DNA of 64,000 nt from Felis catus (taxonomy: Eukaryota): assembly GCF_018350175.1 (NCBI RefSeq), contig NC_058368.1, positions 110,672,001-110,736,000 of the forward strand. The letters run 5' to 3'. The number at the start of each line of letters is the position of its first letter. The first letter of the stretch is position 1. The translations under genes and the position numbers were made by a program. The notes beneath the pieces were generated by a model that saw only the letters and a list, made by a program, of their open reading frames with translations, had not been told where the DNA came from and searched no databases. This document shows positions 36,279-49,699 of this stretch, piece after piece.

Positions 36279-36541
36279 CTTCCTGCGACCTCAGTGCCCA
36301 CCGCGGACGCGTGTGCCCGCGGGCGTGTGCGGGCACGCGTGGGTGCTGCGTGCGCCCGGACACCGGGCCGGGGAGGCGTGGGGCTGACGTGTACAAGATG
36401 TGTGCGTGCGCGGGGACACGCGTGCCAGCCGCCCACGGGAGCCAGTTTTGGCTGGAAACGCGCCAGGATGAAGCCCGCGTTGGGGGGGGGGGGGGGGGCT
36501 TCCGGTTCTCTTAGCCGTGGCCCGGGGCCTCCTGCGCTAAT
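36279..36541 (-). other. VDAC1: VDAC1 alternative non-coding exon 1 (distal; 5' end approximate)
   Basis: attagcgcaggaggccccgggccacggctaagagaaccggaag…cgcgtgtccccgcgcacgcacaca…cgcaggaag|gtaatg; resembles the recalled longer human VDAC1 5' UTR; good donor at 36278. Confidence 0.7.
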
Positions 36542-38814
36542 GGAAGACGCACGGGATCCTGGGCCCCCAACCGGTTCTCGGGGCTGGGAGACAACGGCCC
36601 ACCCCCAAGAGATGATGTGGCGTGCGGTGCCGGACCAGGACCTAGCCCGGTTCGACTAGTTGATCCCCGGAACCCCCACCTCGGCAAAGCCCGCGCGGGT
36701 TGTTAAATCGAGCTCCGAGCCCCCGGGGGCGGTCCCTGGAGCGGAAGGTGGGAGGGACTGGGCGCTGGAGGCGCCGCGGACACGGCGGAGCAGCCACAAC
36801 TGTCACCACCCCCCCCCCCCCCCGCTCCCGGCCCTGGGCTCCCAACCCAGTGTTTCCCGCGCCCCCGACACTTCCTCGCGCCTCTCCAGGCTCGCCGGAA
36901 CCCTGCGGCCGCCGTGGGCGAAGCGCTGGGAAAACTCCCCTGTGCGCGGAGTTTGCGCTCCACATTAGCAGTTTTCCCCTGCAGCGAAGCAGCTAGTAGC
37001 CATTTTCGGAGCATTTGAGAAGTGAGAAAAGTAAACTGCGTTTTGCCAGAATGTCCCCTGCTGGGTCTGACAGCGCGCAGACGTGACGCAGGTTCCGGCC
37101 AGTGGAGGGCCCCTGGGGGAACCCGGGGCCTGCCTCCCCGCAAAGCTCGGTGAAAGCGTGTGTCGTCTCCGCGTTAGGCCTTAAGTGGGTGGTTTCCTTC
37201 ACCAAGAATTAACACTGAGTGTCCCCAGGTATTAAACAATCCGTGGCTGGATGAAGCTTCTGCACCTCTTTCGCCGCAGCCAACAGACGTGAGGCGTCTA
37301 GGGGCCCCGTGGAGGAGGCGCAGGGCTACAAAATCGGGACACTCGCTCCCAATCAGACGTAGCACAAATTCAAGGAGTAGGCAACTGGGGCGTGGGCAGA
37401 GGCAGTCAGGACAGGCTGCTGGAAAGAGATGGCAGCTCAAATAGGAAAGGGCACCTGTTCCAGTGGGGGCGGGATGTTGAGGAAGAGGGGAGCTTGGGCG
37501 GGGGAGGGGGGGTTGCAGACAAGGCGCACTGGGCTCTGTAGAGGTCCCTAGTCTAACTGGCAAGGTGAGCAGGCACAGCTAAACCCCTTGAGCTCATTTA
37601 GCGTGGAGGACGGATGCTAGAACTCTCCCCCGGCACCCTGAGCTGCTCCATGGCCAACTGGGAACTCGGAGCTTTCCAACCTGGTCATTCCCACTCTTGC
37701 ACACAAAGGCCTCAGCACACTCCGGGAGAGGGTGGGGCAAGGAAAGCCAGTGAGTCATCCATGAGTGGGGTAAAGCAGAGTTTGGGAGGGCAGATCCTCA
37801 GGGAGGCAGGGCAGAGCCAGATGGCTCTGCGGGAAGATGGGGCTCCAGAAACCGCACATGAGCTAGGAGTCTTGCCCTGGATCAGTGAAGTCCAGATGTG
37901 ATGCTTGGCCCAAATGTCCAAGGTGCTCCCTCCCCTCCAGCACCTCCTTGCCAAACCCCCTTTCAGGACCCTCAACCCCCATCCCCCACCTGCTCTGGGT
38001 CCCTTCTGGGGCTCCCCTCCGGGCTGCTTTCAGATTAATCACCCAGTGCCATTTGAGTCACTGGCTGTGTGACTCTGGGCAACAGACCTAACCGCTCAGC
38101 TGCAACTTCAGAGAGTTGTGGCAAGTCTAAAATGGGAGGCAAAAGGAATAAGCACTCAGGAAACAGTGAAGGAATCTGGTGGGACATGGAATCAGGCCCT
38201 ACTGTTGACCCTCCCCACCATAGCCCCAACAGAAGAGCTGTACACAGCAGCCTGTTATGCCAGGCTTAGCACCCCCACCCCCAGCCCCACCTCCACTCTG
38301 TCTTCCAGGGCTTTGGGCTGGGGGTGGGCACCTGACCCAAGACTGATTGGCTAATCAGGTCCTCTCTTGCAATTATGAACATGTACACCCAGGTCAGGTC
38401 TAACAGTTTTTCTTTGGGAGTAATAACCACTTTCCCCTCCTCCTGTCAGTCCATAAGCTTTGATGGAGCTGACTCCACTCCAGGGACTTTCTTGGATCAA
38501 TCAAAGCACTGCACTCATAGGGATGGACCAAAGACCCGGGTCAGACTTCCTGGGCCTTTTGAAAGGCAGACCTGCCCTAAGAATGAAGCCAGCCCACAAA
38601 AGACAGACATAGACAAGATTCTGAGAACATCCCAATAAAAATTTTTTTCTCCTGCATATCCAGAAACATAAGGTGACCTAGATCTAAAACAGTTCCAAGA
38701 TGTTCCAACATAATATCCATGGTTTTTAAAAATTATATATACGTACACAGAGAGAGAAATATTGGAAAGAAAATTATTAAGCATTAGTGAAAGTTATGTT
38801 TCAATTTATGGGAC

Positions 38815-40437
38815 TATGTGACTCTTGATCTCAGGGTTGTGAGTTCAAGCCCTGTGTTGGGTATACAGATTACTAACAATAAATAAATAAACTTAAAAAA
38901 AATCATTTTATGGAACTATGAGTGTTTTTTTTTCCTTTGCCCCTTTCTGTATTTCCCACATATTCTATAATGAGATATAACACCTTTACTATAAAATAAC
39001 TTTTTCTTAAGAAAGTCAAATGAGGGGAGGACGCCTGGGTGGCTCAGTCAGTTAAGTGGACTTCGGTTCAAGTCATGATCTCACAGTTTGTGGGTTTGAG
39101 CCCCACATCAGGCTCTGTGTTGACAGCTCAGAGCCTGGAACCTGCTTCGAATTCCGTGTCTCCTTCTTTCTCTGACCCTCCTCTGCTTGCTCACGCTTGC
39201 TCTTTTTCTCAAAAATAAGCATTAAAAAAATAAATAAGTAAATTCATAAATAAATAAGAAAGCCAAATGAGAGGACACCTGGGTGACTTAATTGGTTGAA
39301 CGTCCAACTCTTGGTTTTGGCTCAGGTCATGATCTCATGGCTTGTGGGTTCAAGACCCTCATGAGACTCCGCACTGTCAGCGAGGGGCCTGCTTGGGATT
39401 CTCTCCTTCTCTCTCTGCCTCTCCCCCACTTGCACACTTTCTCTCAAAATAAATAAATAAACAAACAAACAAACAAAAAAAACAGGGTGCCTTGTGGCTC
39501 AGTTGGTTAAGCATCCAACTCTTGATTTCAGCTCAGGTCATGATCTCCCAGTTCGTGCGTTCAAGCCCTGCATCAGACTCAGTGCTGACAGTGCAGAGCC
39601 TGCTTGGGATTCTCTCTTTCTCCCTGTCTCTCTCTGCCCCTCCCTGGCTCGCTCTCTCTCTCTCTCTCAAAATAAATAAAATTAAAATTTTTTTTAAAAA
39701 TAGGCCAAATGAGGTTGATTAGGAGAGGTAGTATAAACTGATACAATCCTGGAAAGCAATTAGACAATATGGAATAAGAATCATAAACCCACTCGTTTGA
39801 TCTGTTCCTGGGAACCTATGTTAAAGCAATCCCAAGTATTGGGAATACTAGCTTCAGGAAGATGTGTTGCAGCCCAGAATGGAATAGAGCCTGGTTTCTA
39901 GCTTGAGCAAATTGAAGTTTATACCCTCTACGGATCATTCACAGCCTTGAGGAAAGAAGGTTACAAAGACTTCCTGTGGGGAAATATTTCTGTTACAATG
40001 CTAATTGAAGGCAATCATGTATTACTATTACTGCAACCACAACATTAAAAACTGTAGAGACAGGGGAGCCTGGGTAATTCAGGTCGTGATCTTGAGGTTC
40101 ATGGGTTTGAGCCCCACGTCGGACTGCTTGCTGCTGTCATCACAGAGCCCATTTCAGATCCCTCTGCCTCTCCCCCAAATGCACTCTCTCAGAAATAAAT
40201 AAACATTTTTTAAAAAATGTAGAGGGGCACCTGGGTGGCTCAGTCAGTTAAGCATACAACTTCAGTTCAGGTCATGATCTCACGGTTTGTGGGTTTGAGC
40301 CCTACATTGGGCTCTGCGCTGACAGCTCAGAGCCCAGAGCCTGCTTCAGATTCTGTGTCTCCCTCTCTCTCTACCCCTCCCCAGCTCGTTCTTCCTCTCT
40401 CTCTCTCAAAAATTAGTAAACATTAAGAAAAAAAAAA
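38815..40437 (+). mobile_element. Can-SINE cluster (~38815-38900, 39025-39250, 39272-39480, 39485-39700, 40062-40215, 40223-40437)
   Basis: Six SINE copies or fragments with heads and A-tails. Confidence 0.85.
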
Positions 40438-40484
40438 CCGTAGAGATAAACAGTGGTAGACTGTTTTTCATTATCAGAATTTCA

Positions 40485-41408
40485 TTATCAGAATAATGAC
40501 CCCCCCCCCCAAAGATATCCACATCCTAATCACCTGAACCTATAAATATGTTACCTTGCTTGTCAGAAGGAACTTAACAGATGTGATTATGTCAAGGGTC
40601 TTGAAATGGAGACATTAACCTAGACTGTCCAGGTGGCCCAATGTAATCACAAGGGTGTTATGAAGGAAGGCAAGAGACTCAGAGCAAGAGAAGGTGATAT
40701 AACAACAGAAGCACAGACTGGAGAGAAAGATGGGAAGATGCTTCACTCCTGACTTTGAAGGCGGCAGAATGGGCCATGAGCTACGTGATACAAGAAGCCT
40801 CCAGAAGCTGAAAAAGACAAGGAAACAGACTCCCCCCTCAAAAGCTTCTAGAAGGAACCAGCCCTTGCTGACACCTGAACTTTTGCCCATTGAGACTAAT
40901 TTTGGACTTCTGACCTCCCGAACTGTAAAATAATAAATCTAAATTGTTTTAAGCCACTAAGTCTATGGTTTTTATAATACCTGAGGAAACTAGTGCACAA
41001 ACCTGCAGGAGACGATACTATAAATGATTTGTTAGAACGGTGTCTTAGCTCAGAATGCTGTAACAGAAAACCACAGACTGGGGGGCTTAAACAACAGGCA
41101 TTAGTTTCTCACCGTCTGGAGGCCACAAGTCTGAGACCAGGGTGCCAGCATGGTCAGGCTCTTGCTGAGAGCCCCGCCTCCGGGCTATGTCCTCACTTGG
41201 CCTTCCTTTGAAGGAGGAAAGAGAGAGAGGGAGAGGCAGGGAGACCCCACCTCCTTTTATAAGGGCATTATTCACAACATGGAGGCCCCATCTAACCCTA
41301 ATGACCTCCCAAAGGCCCTGCCCCCTAACACCATCCTGTTGGAGGGGGGCGGGGTACGATTTCAACATTTGAATTTGGGGGAAGACACAAGCATGCAGTC
41401 CACAATAA
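40485..41408. mobile_element. Two MLT1 (MaLR) LTRs (~40485-40992 and ~41040-41408)
   Basis: cagaataatgacccc…aaagatatccacatcctaatc…ttgttttaagccactaag; tgtcttagctcag…gggggcttaaacaacag…atttgaatttgggggaagacacaagcatgcagtccacaa. Confidence 0.75.
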
Positions 41409-43059
41409 ATGGCAAGTTTCTAAGTGGTGGGTGTTTGTTTTTTGTTGTTGTTTTTTTTTTTTTAATTTTCTCTGAGTTCCATCTTTTTTAAATAGCTTTC
41501 TTTTTAAATGTTTATATTTTTGAAAGAGCACACATATAGGGGAAGGGGCAGAGAGATGGGGACAGAAGAGTTGCAGCGGGCTCCGTGCTGACAGGCTGAC
41601 AGGCTGACAGCAGCGAGTCCCATGTGGGGCTCGAATTCAGCAACTGCGAGACCATGACCTGAGCTGAAGTCAGATGCTCAACTGACTGAGCCACCCAGGC
41701 ACCCACTATGTTCCGACTTTTAAGCACTGTGGTAAACAAATTGAACTCAATCATGAAAACAGGCAGGGAACCCTGCCTGCCGTACAAAACTACCTGTGAT
41801 TTGGAATCCGAATCTACTATTATTGTATGGCAAACCTGGGCCTCAATCCAGGTCCAACTCTGGTACTTATAAAGACCCCTGAAAGGGACATCAATGTGTG
41901 CTCATGTGCACATGGGTGTGGGTGTGGGTAGGTGGGTTTCACGGTGCTAAGTACAATTGACTTGGGCTGGAATCCTACCAGAGACTGCTAAGCTAAAAGA
42001 AGGCAAGAGTTTCCCCAGTGCTCAGCGTATACTGGGTCCCGCAAAAGACGAAGAAAGCCAGGAGGAAAATCACGTAGGATCCCCTTTTATTGCAAGGAAC
42101 AGGGAACCCCTTTTCTGGACCCCAGCAGTAAATGGATGCATGCAGTTTGCCCTGAAGACAGAAATAGAAATGCCTCTTGCCCTTAACTCGCACACGCTGC
42201 TCAAGGATCTGGGACTTGATGAAGAATTTCCCAATTTCTGCACCATGGCCTCTGCTAACAGGCAAAATATTATTTGAAATGTGGACGAAGTCAGATGGAA
42301 TTAAAATGGCCTGTACCTGGTACCAACCTGGTAGGACTGCCCAGGGGTGTTGCTTCCAGATGTTGTCTGTCCAAGGCTGCCATGTTGACTCATGTGGTCT
42401 ACACACTGCACCAGCACAGGCCAAGGGGATGTGTGGGACTGAGGTCCTGTCTCCACACAGCTCATGAAGCCCTGGGTCCTGACAACACTGTTGTCAGCCA
42501 CAAGGAAGCAACTATGTTTCTGCTTCCAGGTGCCTTTCACAATCTGTGTGGGGGCATCAGCTGGCAGCTGAGGTCCACTGCCCTGCACCAGACATGCTCC
42601 TTCTCCTGGCTTTTCCCACAGCTGGTTCCTTTCTCATTCTCAGCTAACATGGGACCTTCTCAAAGCTGCCTTTTCCTGCTTTGCAGTTAAAAAGCAGATT
42701 CTTTTCTCCTGTCTGTATTCTGAGATCAGTCCTTTGTTTATTTTATAGCATGAGCACACTTTAAAATTATTTAACCATGGGTTTGCTCTTTATTCTGTGT
42801 CTCCCTCCTTAGAATGCTGTTCGCGTAGCAGGTGTTCAGTAAGTGGGGAGTAAACAAATTTCTAAATAGATGGTGAGTGGCACACAGAGTAAAGGAGGTA
42901 ACTGACTTGAAGTGGCTTACTCTCACCTCTATGCAGGGGGCACACTTCGGGGACAGCTATTCTCAGTCCTGCTGTCCAGACAGCTAGGAATCGTGCCTGT
43001 GAGATGTCAATCATCCAGGAAGAATGGGATGACAGCCTTGTTGTGGGCTGGGGGCTGTT

Positions 43060-43720
43060 TACTCTGCCTTTGTAATAAAGAATTTAACCAGGGGTGCCTG
43101 GGTGGCTCAGGCAGTTAAGCAGGTTATGATCTCACAGTTCATGGGTTAGAGCCCTGGATCCCTGCTTGGGATTCTCTATCTCCCTTTCTCCCTGCCCCTC
43201 CCCTACTTGTGCTTTATCTCTCTTTCTCAAAATAAATAAATAAACGTAAAAAAAAAAAAAAAAAGAAAAAAGAAAAAATAATTGAACCACACCTCATCCA
43301 AAGAGAGATCTGGAACTTGTCCTTAGCTTCTGGAAAATAATCTCTGAGCCCTTGCAACGTCATGCCAGATAGGGTGAGGGCTGGCCACACAGGATAAAGT
43401 AACAATGTGATTTAGGGTGTGGACCAGCTACTAGATAAAGTAACAATGTGATTTAGGGTGGGGGCTTTGAGTCACACAGTATCAGCTGGACCTCCAGAGG
43501 GACTGGAAACTGATGTCAGCTCCGTGGACAGTTGACCACGGAGCCCCCAATAAATTTCTGGTCACCAAAGCTCGAGTGAAGTTTCCTGCTTGGCAATATT
43601 CCATAACCGTAGTTGTGAGTACAATGGTCCTCGGTGAGTTCTATGAGTCTTTCTAGTAAATCGTTACATGTAAAGGTGACCTTGGAAACCCTGAAACTTG
43701 CCAACTGGTGTCAGTGGGGA
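43060..43720. mobile_element. ERV LTR-like element (MER21-like) with inserted SINE (~43091-43280) and internal 27-bp duplication
   Basis: gtaataaagaatttaacc…taatctctgagcccttg…cccaataaa…gagttctatgagtctttctagtaaatcg; gataaagtaacaatgtgatttagggtg at 43393-43419 and 43434-43460. Confidence 0.55.
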
Positions 43721-45175
43721 TGGTTTGGGGGACTGTGCTCCCTCTCATGTTGCTTGTCCCTTAAGCCACCCCCCACCCCACTCACAAACACATGTACAAA
43801 CAGATATACTCTAAAGGAGGAGGACTGGCTTCTCCTGGTTTCTCCTGGCTGACTTAGGTCTGCTCTCAGACCAGGCATCTGCCACAACTGAGACCACACT
43901 GCCTACTGCTCTTATTCCCAAAGGCGTCCTCCAGGTGCTCCAGGACAATAGTTGTTTCCTCCCTGGCCCCACCAGCAGCGCTTCCCCCTGTGTCCGGGCT
44001 GCTGGGGGGGGGACTTCCCTGATGATGTGGGCAGTGACTGGTAGGTAGGCAGGCAATAAACCAGGTGGGCTACTGACCCCAAGTGCCCCTGCCATTGTCC
44101 CCACCCCAGCCTCTCATGCCCCACCCCCACCCCACCGCCTACTAAAGTCTTTGCTGGAGGAGACGTTGTGGGGGTTGGGCTGACCATCAGGGTATTCTCT
44201 GGAAATGCCACAGCTTTCCTAAAACTAGTCAGGTGTCTCCTTCCTCTAATGCCCACCATCTCCCCCAGCTGCCCAGGTGGAGACCATGGGGCCAGAGACA
44301 GCCCTTCTGGCCAGGGCCAACACAGTCCAAGGGAGCAGCAGCCCAGATGCCTCTCGAAGTTTAGAAGTTTCAGGTTCAAATCTAAACTTAGCAGCCCTGC
44401 TGCCCTGGGATTACAAAACAAGTTCTTCATGACTCTTACATAAGAAGATTAGGCCCTTTATCCCTCCCTTTCTCTCCCCAGTTCCTCCTCACCCCTGGGG
44501 AAATGCTGGCTTCCCATTAACTGTGCCAAGGACCTCCCCACATCAAGAACCCCACCCCTTCTCTCTCTAAGCACCAGGCACAAACCTCATAATTTCACAC
44601 AGAGTAAATCTACAGAAGGAAGGACCCAGTTTTCAGCTTCCTTTCTGCTTCTTGTGGTTTAAGCATGATCCTGCCCAACCACAGGGGATTGGACCATATG
44701 ACCTCTCCATGACCCTAAGCATCAGCCTCCTCAAAAAGTAAGCAAACATGCCTCATTTTCCAGGGATTAGGGAACAGACTGCTTGTTCACAAAGCCTTCT
44801 GAGGGAAATAAATAAATAAAGCTACCAAGGACTCAAGAAACACAAGTGGTCTACAAGAAAACCCAGCTCCCCAAAAAGCCCAAACATCGAAAACAGAAAT
44901 GGAAAGCAGTATTTCTGAAAACACGGTACACATGAGAATCACCTGGAGGGCTGCTGGTACATGCAGGTGGTGGGGCCTCCCCCACTCAGGGTTCTCCATT
45001 AATATTTTTGTGGTGCGGCCAGCATCTGCATTTTTCCCAAGCACCGCTAGTGGTCCTGGAACAGCAGGATCAGAGAGATGCTGTGACCTTCCATAACCTC
45101 ACAGAAAGAAATTCAAGGTGTGGCTGCTCTGAACACCAACACCCTGAGGGGGTTAAAGAATATCAAGTCAGAACA

Positions 45176-47025
45176 TTTTTTTTTAATTTTTTTTTTAATG
45201 TTTATTTATTTTTGAGAGAGTGAGACAGAGCATGAGCAGAGGAGGTGCAGAGAAAGAGGGAGACACAGAATCTGAAGCAGGCTCCAGGCTCTGAGCTGTT
45301 AGCACCGAGCTTGACACAGGGCTCAAACCCACAAGCCGTCAGATCATGACCCAAGCTGAAGTCAGACCCTTAACGGACTGAGCCACCCAGGAGCCCCTCA
45401 CGTCGGAACATCTTTTAATGTTTGTTTTTGAGAGATAGAGAGAGACAGAGAATGGGGGGTGGGGGGCAGAGAGAGAGGGAGACACAGAATCTGTCTGTAC
45501 AGAGCTCGTCGCAGGGCTTGAACCCATGAGCCGCGAGATCATGACCTGAGCTGAAGTCGGATGCTTAACCACCAAGCCGCCCAGGCACCCCAAGTCAGAA
45601 CATTTTTATTTACAGCCCTCTTCTTCAAGATCCAGGGTCCGTGTGCTGTAAGAGGAATGACTCCATGGGAAGATACTTCACTTTTTTCCCTGAATCCTAC
45701 CCCTCCACTCAGGATTCATTCATTCAGCCAAGCCTCATGGCAGGTTGCTAGTTTCCAGACACTGCCCCCAGAACTGGCAATTTAACCTAATGGTGGATAT
45801 AAACACACACTGTTCCTTTCTTTGTGGAAAAGACAGACTTTGCTCAAATCTCTGTACAAATGAACACACAACGATGAACTTTGGTAACTCCTATGGAAGA
45901 AAGTTTCTTAGAAACATTCATTCAGGGGCATGTGGGCAGCTTAGTCAATTAAGGGTCTGACTTCAGCTCAGGTCATGATCTTGCTGTAGGTGAGTTTCAG
46001 CCTCATATCAGGCTCTGTGCTGACAGCTCAGAGCCTAGAGCCTGTTTCAGATTCTGTGTCTCCCCCTCTCTCTGCTCCTCCCCCACTCGTACTCTGTCTC
46101 TCTGTCTCTCTCTCAAAAATAAATATTAAAAAACTTTTTTAAAAATTAAAAAAAAGAAACATTCATTCATCTGACAAACATGTATTGAGTTCCTACAATG
46201 AGCCAGATATTCTTCTAGATGTTGAGGGCTCAGCACTGAACTCAACAGACACAATCCCTCCCCTCTTGGGGTTCATTGTCGAGTGGGCAAGACTAAAAGT
46301 TAGTCAGTAAAGATGAACTATAATGTCAAGTGCTGGAAAGTGTCCTGTAGAAAATTAAGGCAGTATAGGGACAGAAACCAATGGGGAGAGGGTCCACACA
46401 GGACAGTCCGGGAAGGCGTCTCCAAGGAGGTGACTTTTAAACAGAAATGAATGCAGTGAGAAAGTGAATCTTCAATGGAGAGGCTGACCTGACCTGAGGG
46501 AGATGGGCTTGGTAGGTTGTCTGCAAAGATGGTGGCCAATTCCTCCCAACCACGTCTCTCATCAAGAGCTAGAGTCTTCTCCTCCTTTTTAAACTTGGCT
46601 GGGGGCACCTGGGTGACTCAGTTCATTGAGCATCCAACTCTTGATTTTGGCTCAGATCACAATCCCAGGATCATGGGATCAAGCCCCACATCTGGCTCTA
46701 TGCTGAGCATGGAACCTGCTTGAGATTCTCTCTCTCTCTCCCTCTGCCCCTCTCCCTGCTTGTACCCTTCCCCCCCCTCATAAAAAAATAATAATAATTT
46801 AAAAATTAAAACTTGGGGGCACCTAAGTGGCTCAGTCGGTTAAACACCCAACTCTTGGTTTCAGCTTAGGTCGTAATATCACAATTTCGTGGGTTCAAGC
46901 CCAGCATGGGGCTCTGCACTGACAGTGTGGAGCCTGCTTAGCATTCTCCTTCTCTCTCTCTGCCCCTCCCCAGCTCACTCTGTCTCTGTCTCTCTCAAAA
47001 TAAATAAATAAACTTAAAAAAAATT
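45176..47025. mobile_element. Can-SINE cluster: - ~45176-45397, - ~45412-45590, + ~45925-46155, + ~46600-46800, + ~46815-47025
   Basis: Heads and tails recognisable; caagtcagaacattttt flanks the minus-strand pair. Confidence 0.85.
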
Positions 47026-48211
47026 AAAACTTGTCTGGCCTTCGGGCTCTGCTCCGACCAACAAGATGTGGTGGAAAGAACACTACGCGAGCTCCAGGCC
47101 CAGACTTCAGAGGTCAAGCAGCTTCCCTTCTCTGTCTTTTGTAGCCCCAGTCCCCCAAATAAGAAGTTCAACTACCCTGCAGGAGAGGGAGACTGGCCTG
47201 CTTTCCCACACCCACCCTCAGGCCCAGGTACCAGATATGTGAGTGTAGCCATTTAGAACATCCCAGCCGTGGCCAAGCTTCCAGCTAAATGCAGCCACAA
47301 GTGTGACCTCAGACAACACTAGCTGCATTACAACAGTCCAGCTGAGCCACTGCACTGGGATGAGCGGGGCTCAGACAGTGACGAGAACAACAGTGGGGAG
47401 GCAGGAGAGTGGGTGAAGTAGACTGATAGTGGAAGTAGAACCTGTAGGAGTCAGTGATGGAGGGGGTGTTTCTCGCTGTGTAACTAGGGCTAGTACTGTC
47501 CCTATTGAGCTGGGAGCACAGGAAAGGGGCAGGTGTAGCAGAAGATGGTAAGTTTGGGTTTGGCCATTGGAGATGCCAAACTCCTGCCTTCCCCCCAACC
47601 AACCCCTCTCCCCTAACCCTCCCCCAGTCCCTCCTACCCCCACAAGGGCAGCCTGTGGGAATGGGCTATCTCTGGGATGACCAGCAATCTGGCCAAGGGA
47701 CGTGACTGAGGAGCAAGAAGCTGGGCATGACTCCATCTCAAAGTGTCCCTGCCCTGACTGAAACCCTTGAGGGCCAGGCCCAAATCAGAGAATTTCAAAG
47801 GAAGAGGGATCATAGTGTCTTCAAGGAAAAAGGAAGAAAGAAAGAATACGTTGGCTTGATTTTTTTTTTTTTTTGACAAGTACATCATGAAACATTTGAC
47901 CAAAATGACAGGAAAATGTCCTGTTCCCACTGGCTATTCTGGTTGCTGCACACCCTGGCTGGCCTTCTTGGGGGCTTCCCTGGCCCATTCTTAAGGAGAG
48001 GCCCTTAATGGCCAGCCCCACTGCCCCCACCTGCCAGGCAAGTTTGTGTTGTCGTGGGTGCACTCCCAACAACCCACCAATAGGTGGCAGCACAGGCTGT
48101 GCCTGTCACCCAGCCGGTTCTGCATCAAATTCTCCAGAGAGCAGTTCCCACGTAAGACAGGCATCCCCAGCTCATCTTCATGCAAAGATTTCAGGCCCAC
48201 TAGGATGCTGG

Positions 48212-48424
48212 ACAGGTTTTCTGACACAACTCCATGGGCAATCCCCAGGGTGCATTTGGCAGCCTTCGGAGATATTTTTAATTGTCACAACAGGGGAGGA
48301 TGTGGTATTGGCCTCTACTGGACAGAGGCCTGGGATGGTGCTACACATCTTACACAAGACAACCCCCCACAACAAAGAATTATCTAGCCCAAAACATCAA
48401 CAGTGCCAAGGCTGAGAAACACTG
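48212..48424. mobile_element. MER20 (hAT-Charlie) DNA transposon
   Basis: ccccagggtgcatttggca…ttgtcacaac…ccccccacaacaaagaattatctagcccaaaacatcaacagtgccaaggctgagaaacactg. Confidence 0.85.
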
Positions 48425-48961
48425 ATGTAATCAGATGTTCAAGGGCTGGCCCATGAAGACTTAGACATCCCTGGATCAGAGCCCACTGAACTAGGCTGAT
48501 CCCAGCCTCCCCACCCCCAACCAGCTGCAAGATGTCCCCTTGCCTCCTTCACCTGCAGCATCTCCCTCCTCCTTCCTTCATATCTCACCTCACTCAGGCC
48601 TCAATTAACAATTCCTGGGCAGCAAGCATGTCCAAGGCACTGTGCTGGCCCTAGAGAGACCATGGGGGACAAAAGCAGACAGTCCCTTCCTCTCTTCAAG
48701 GAGCTCTCAAGCTGCAGGGAGAAACAGATTTGCAAATGTGACAAGGGCTATATGGGCACAAAGAAAGCACTAAAATACCAAATAATTCAGAGGAGACCAG
48801 GAGTGCCTGAGTGGCTCAGTCGTGGCTCAGTCGGTTGTGTTCCACTCTTGATTTCAGCTCAGCTCACGGTTCATCAGATCGAGCCCCAAGTTGGCTCTGT
48901 ACTGACAGAGGAAACTGCTTGGGATTCTCTCTCTCCTCTCTCTTTGCCCCTCCCCCACTTT

Positions 48962-48997
<36 letters not shown>

Positions 48998-49270
48998 ATA
49001 AATAAATTTAAAAAATAGTACAGAGAAGACCAGCTTTAGCCAAGAAATTTGGAAAGGTCTCAAAAAAGGTGACAGGTGAGCTAAGGTCTGAGGGAGGAAT
49101 GACCTTCTTTTATTGAAAAGACAACAGAATAGACAGTAATATGCATTTCTTTAAATTATTCACTGTCCAGTCCTGACCCACCTGCCATAACTGTAGTTGT
49201 GTTCTTTTTTGTATAATAAATGCATCTCCAGACCTTGTCCATGTATTGCTACAGCATTTCAGCCATTCCT

Positions 49271-49273
<3 letters not shown>

Positions 49274-49312
<39 letters not shown>
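49274..49312. repeat. (TG)n microsatellite
   Basis: Directly visible. Confidence 0.95.
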
Positions 49313-49313
<1 letters not shown>

Positions 49314-49699
49314 TAGCATATCTTCCCCCATTTTGCTATATGGTTTGGGGATGATCGTTTGTAACAGGGTTCAATGATGCAGTGCAGTGAGGATTTACTA
49401 AATGGTTCCCGGTTGTTGTTCATTTACACCACAGTAGGGGACATCCATACAATCTAATAAAGCTTCAGGAATCATGCTCAGTTCACCGTTCTGCTGGCCT
49501 GGAGTCACCCTCCCTCGTCTTGCCTCCTGTGAGTGTCTACGGAAATAGATGAGATGACCACCATCTCAGGGTGGGAAGGGACTTTGAGGCCAGGCAAGCC
49601 AGTGATAGGCACACCAGGGGTCATCAGGAAATCTTGATAAAGTACGGATTCCCAGGCCCTGCTCCCTTTGCCCCACCAGGATCTCAGGTGTAGGCCATT

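Larger units (their letters stand above)
35330..37350 (-). promoter_or_regulatory. VDAC1: VDAC1 CpG-island promoter region
   Basis: Very high GC and CpG density, GC boxes, contains both first exons; no obvious TATA box. Confidence 0.9.

Noticed and set aside
35578..36659. Long overlapping ORFs of 255-297 aa on + and 150 aa on -
   Set aside because: Expected stop-codon depletion in a very GC-rich CpG island; Pro/Arg/Gly/Ala low-complexity products with no recognisable domain
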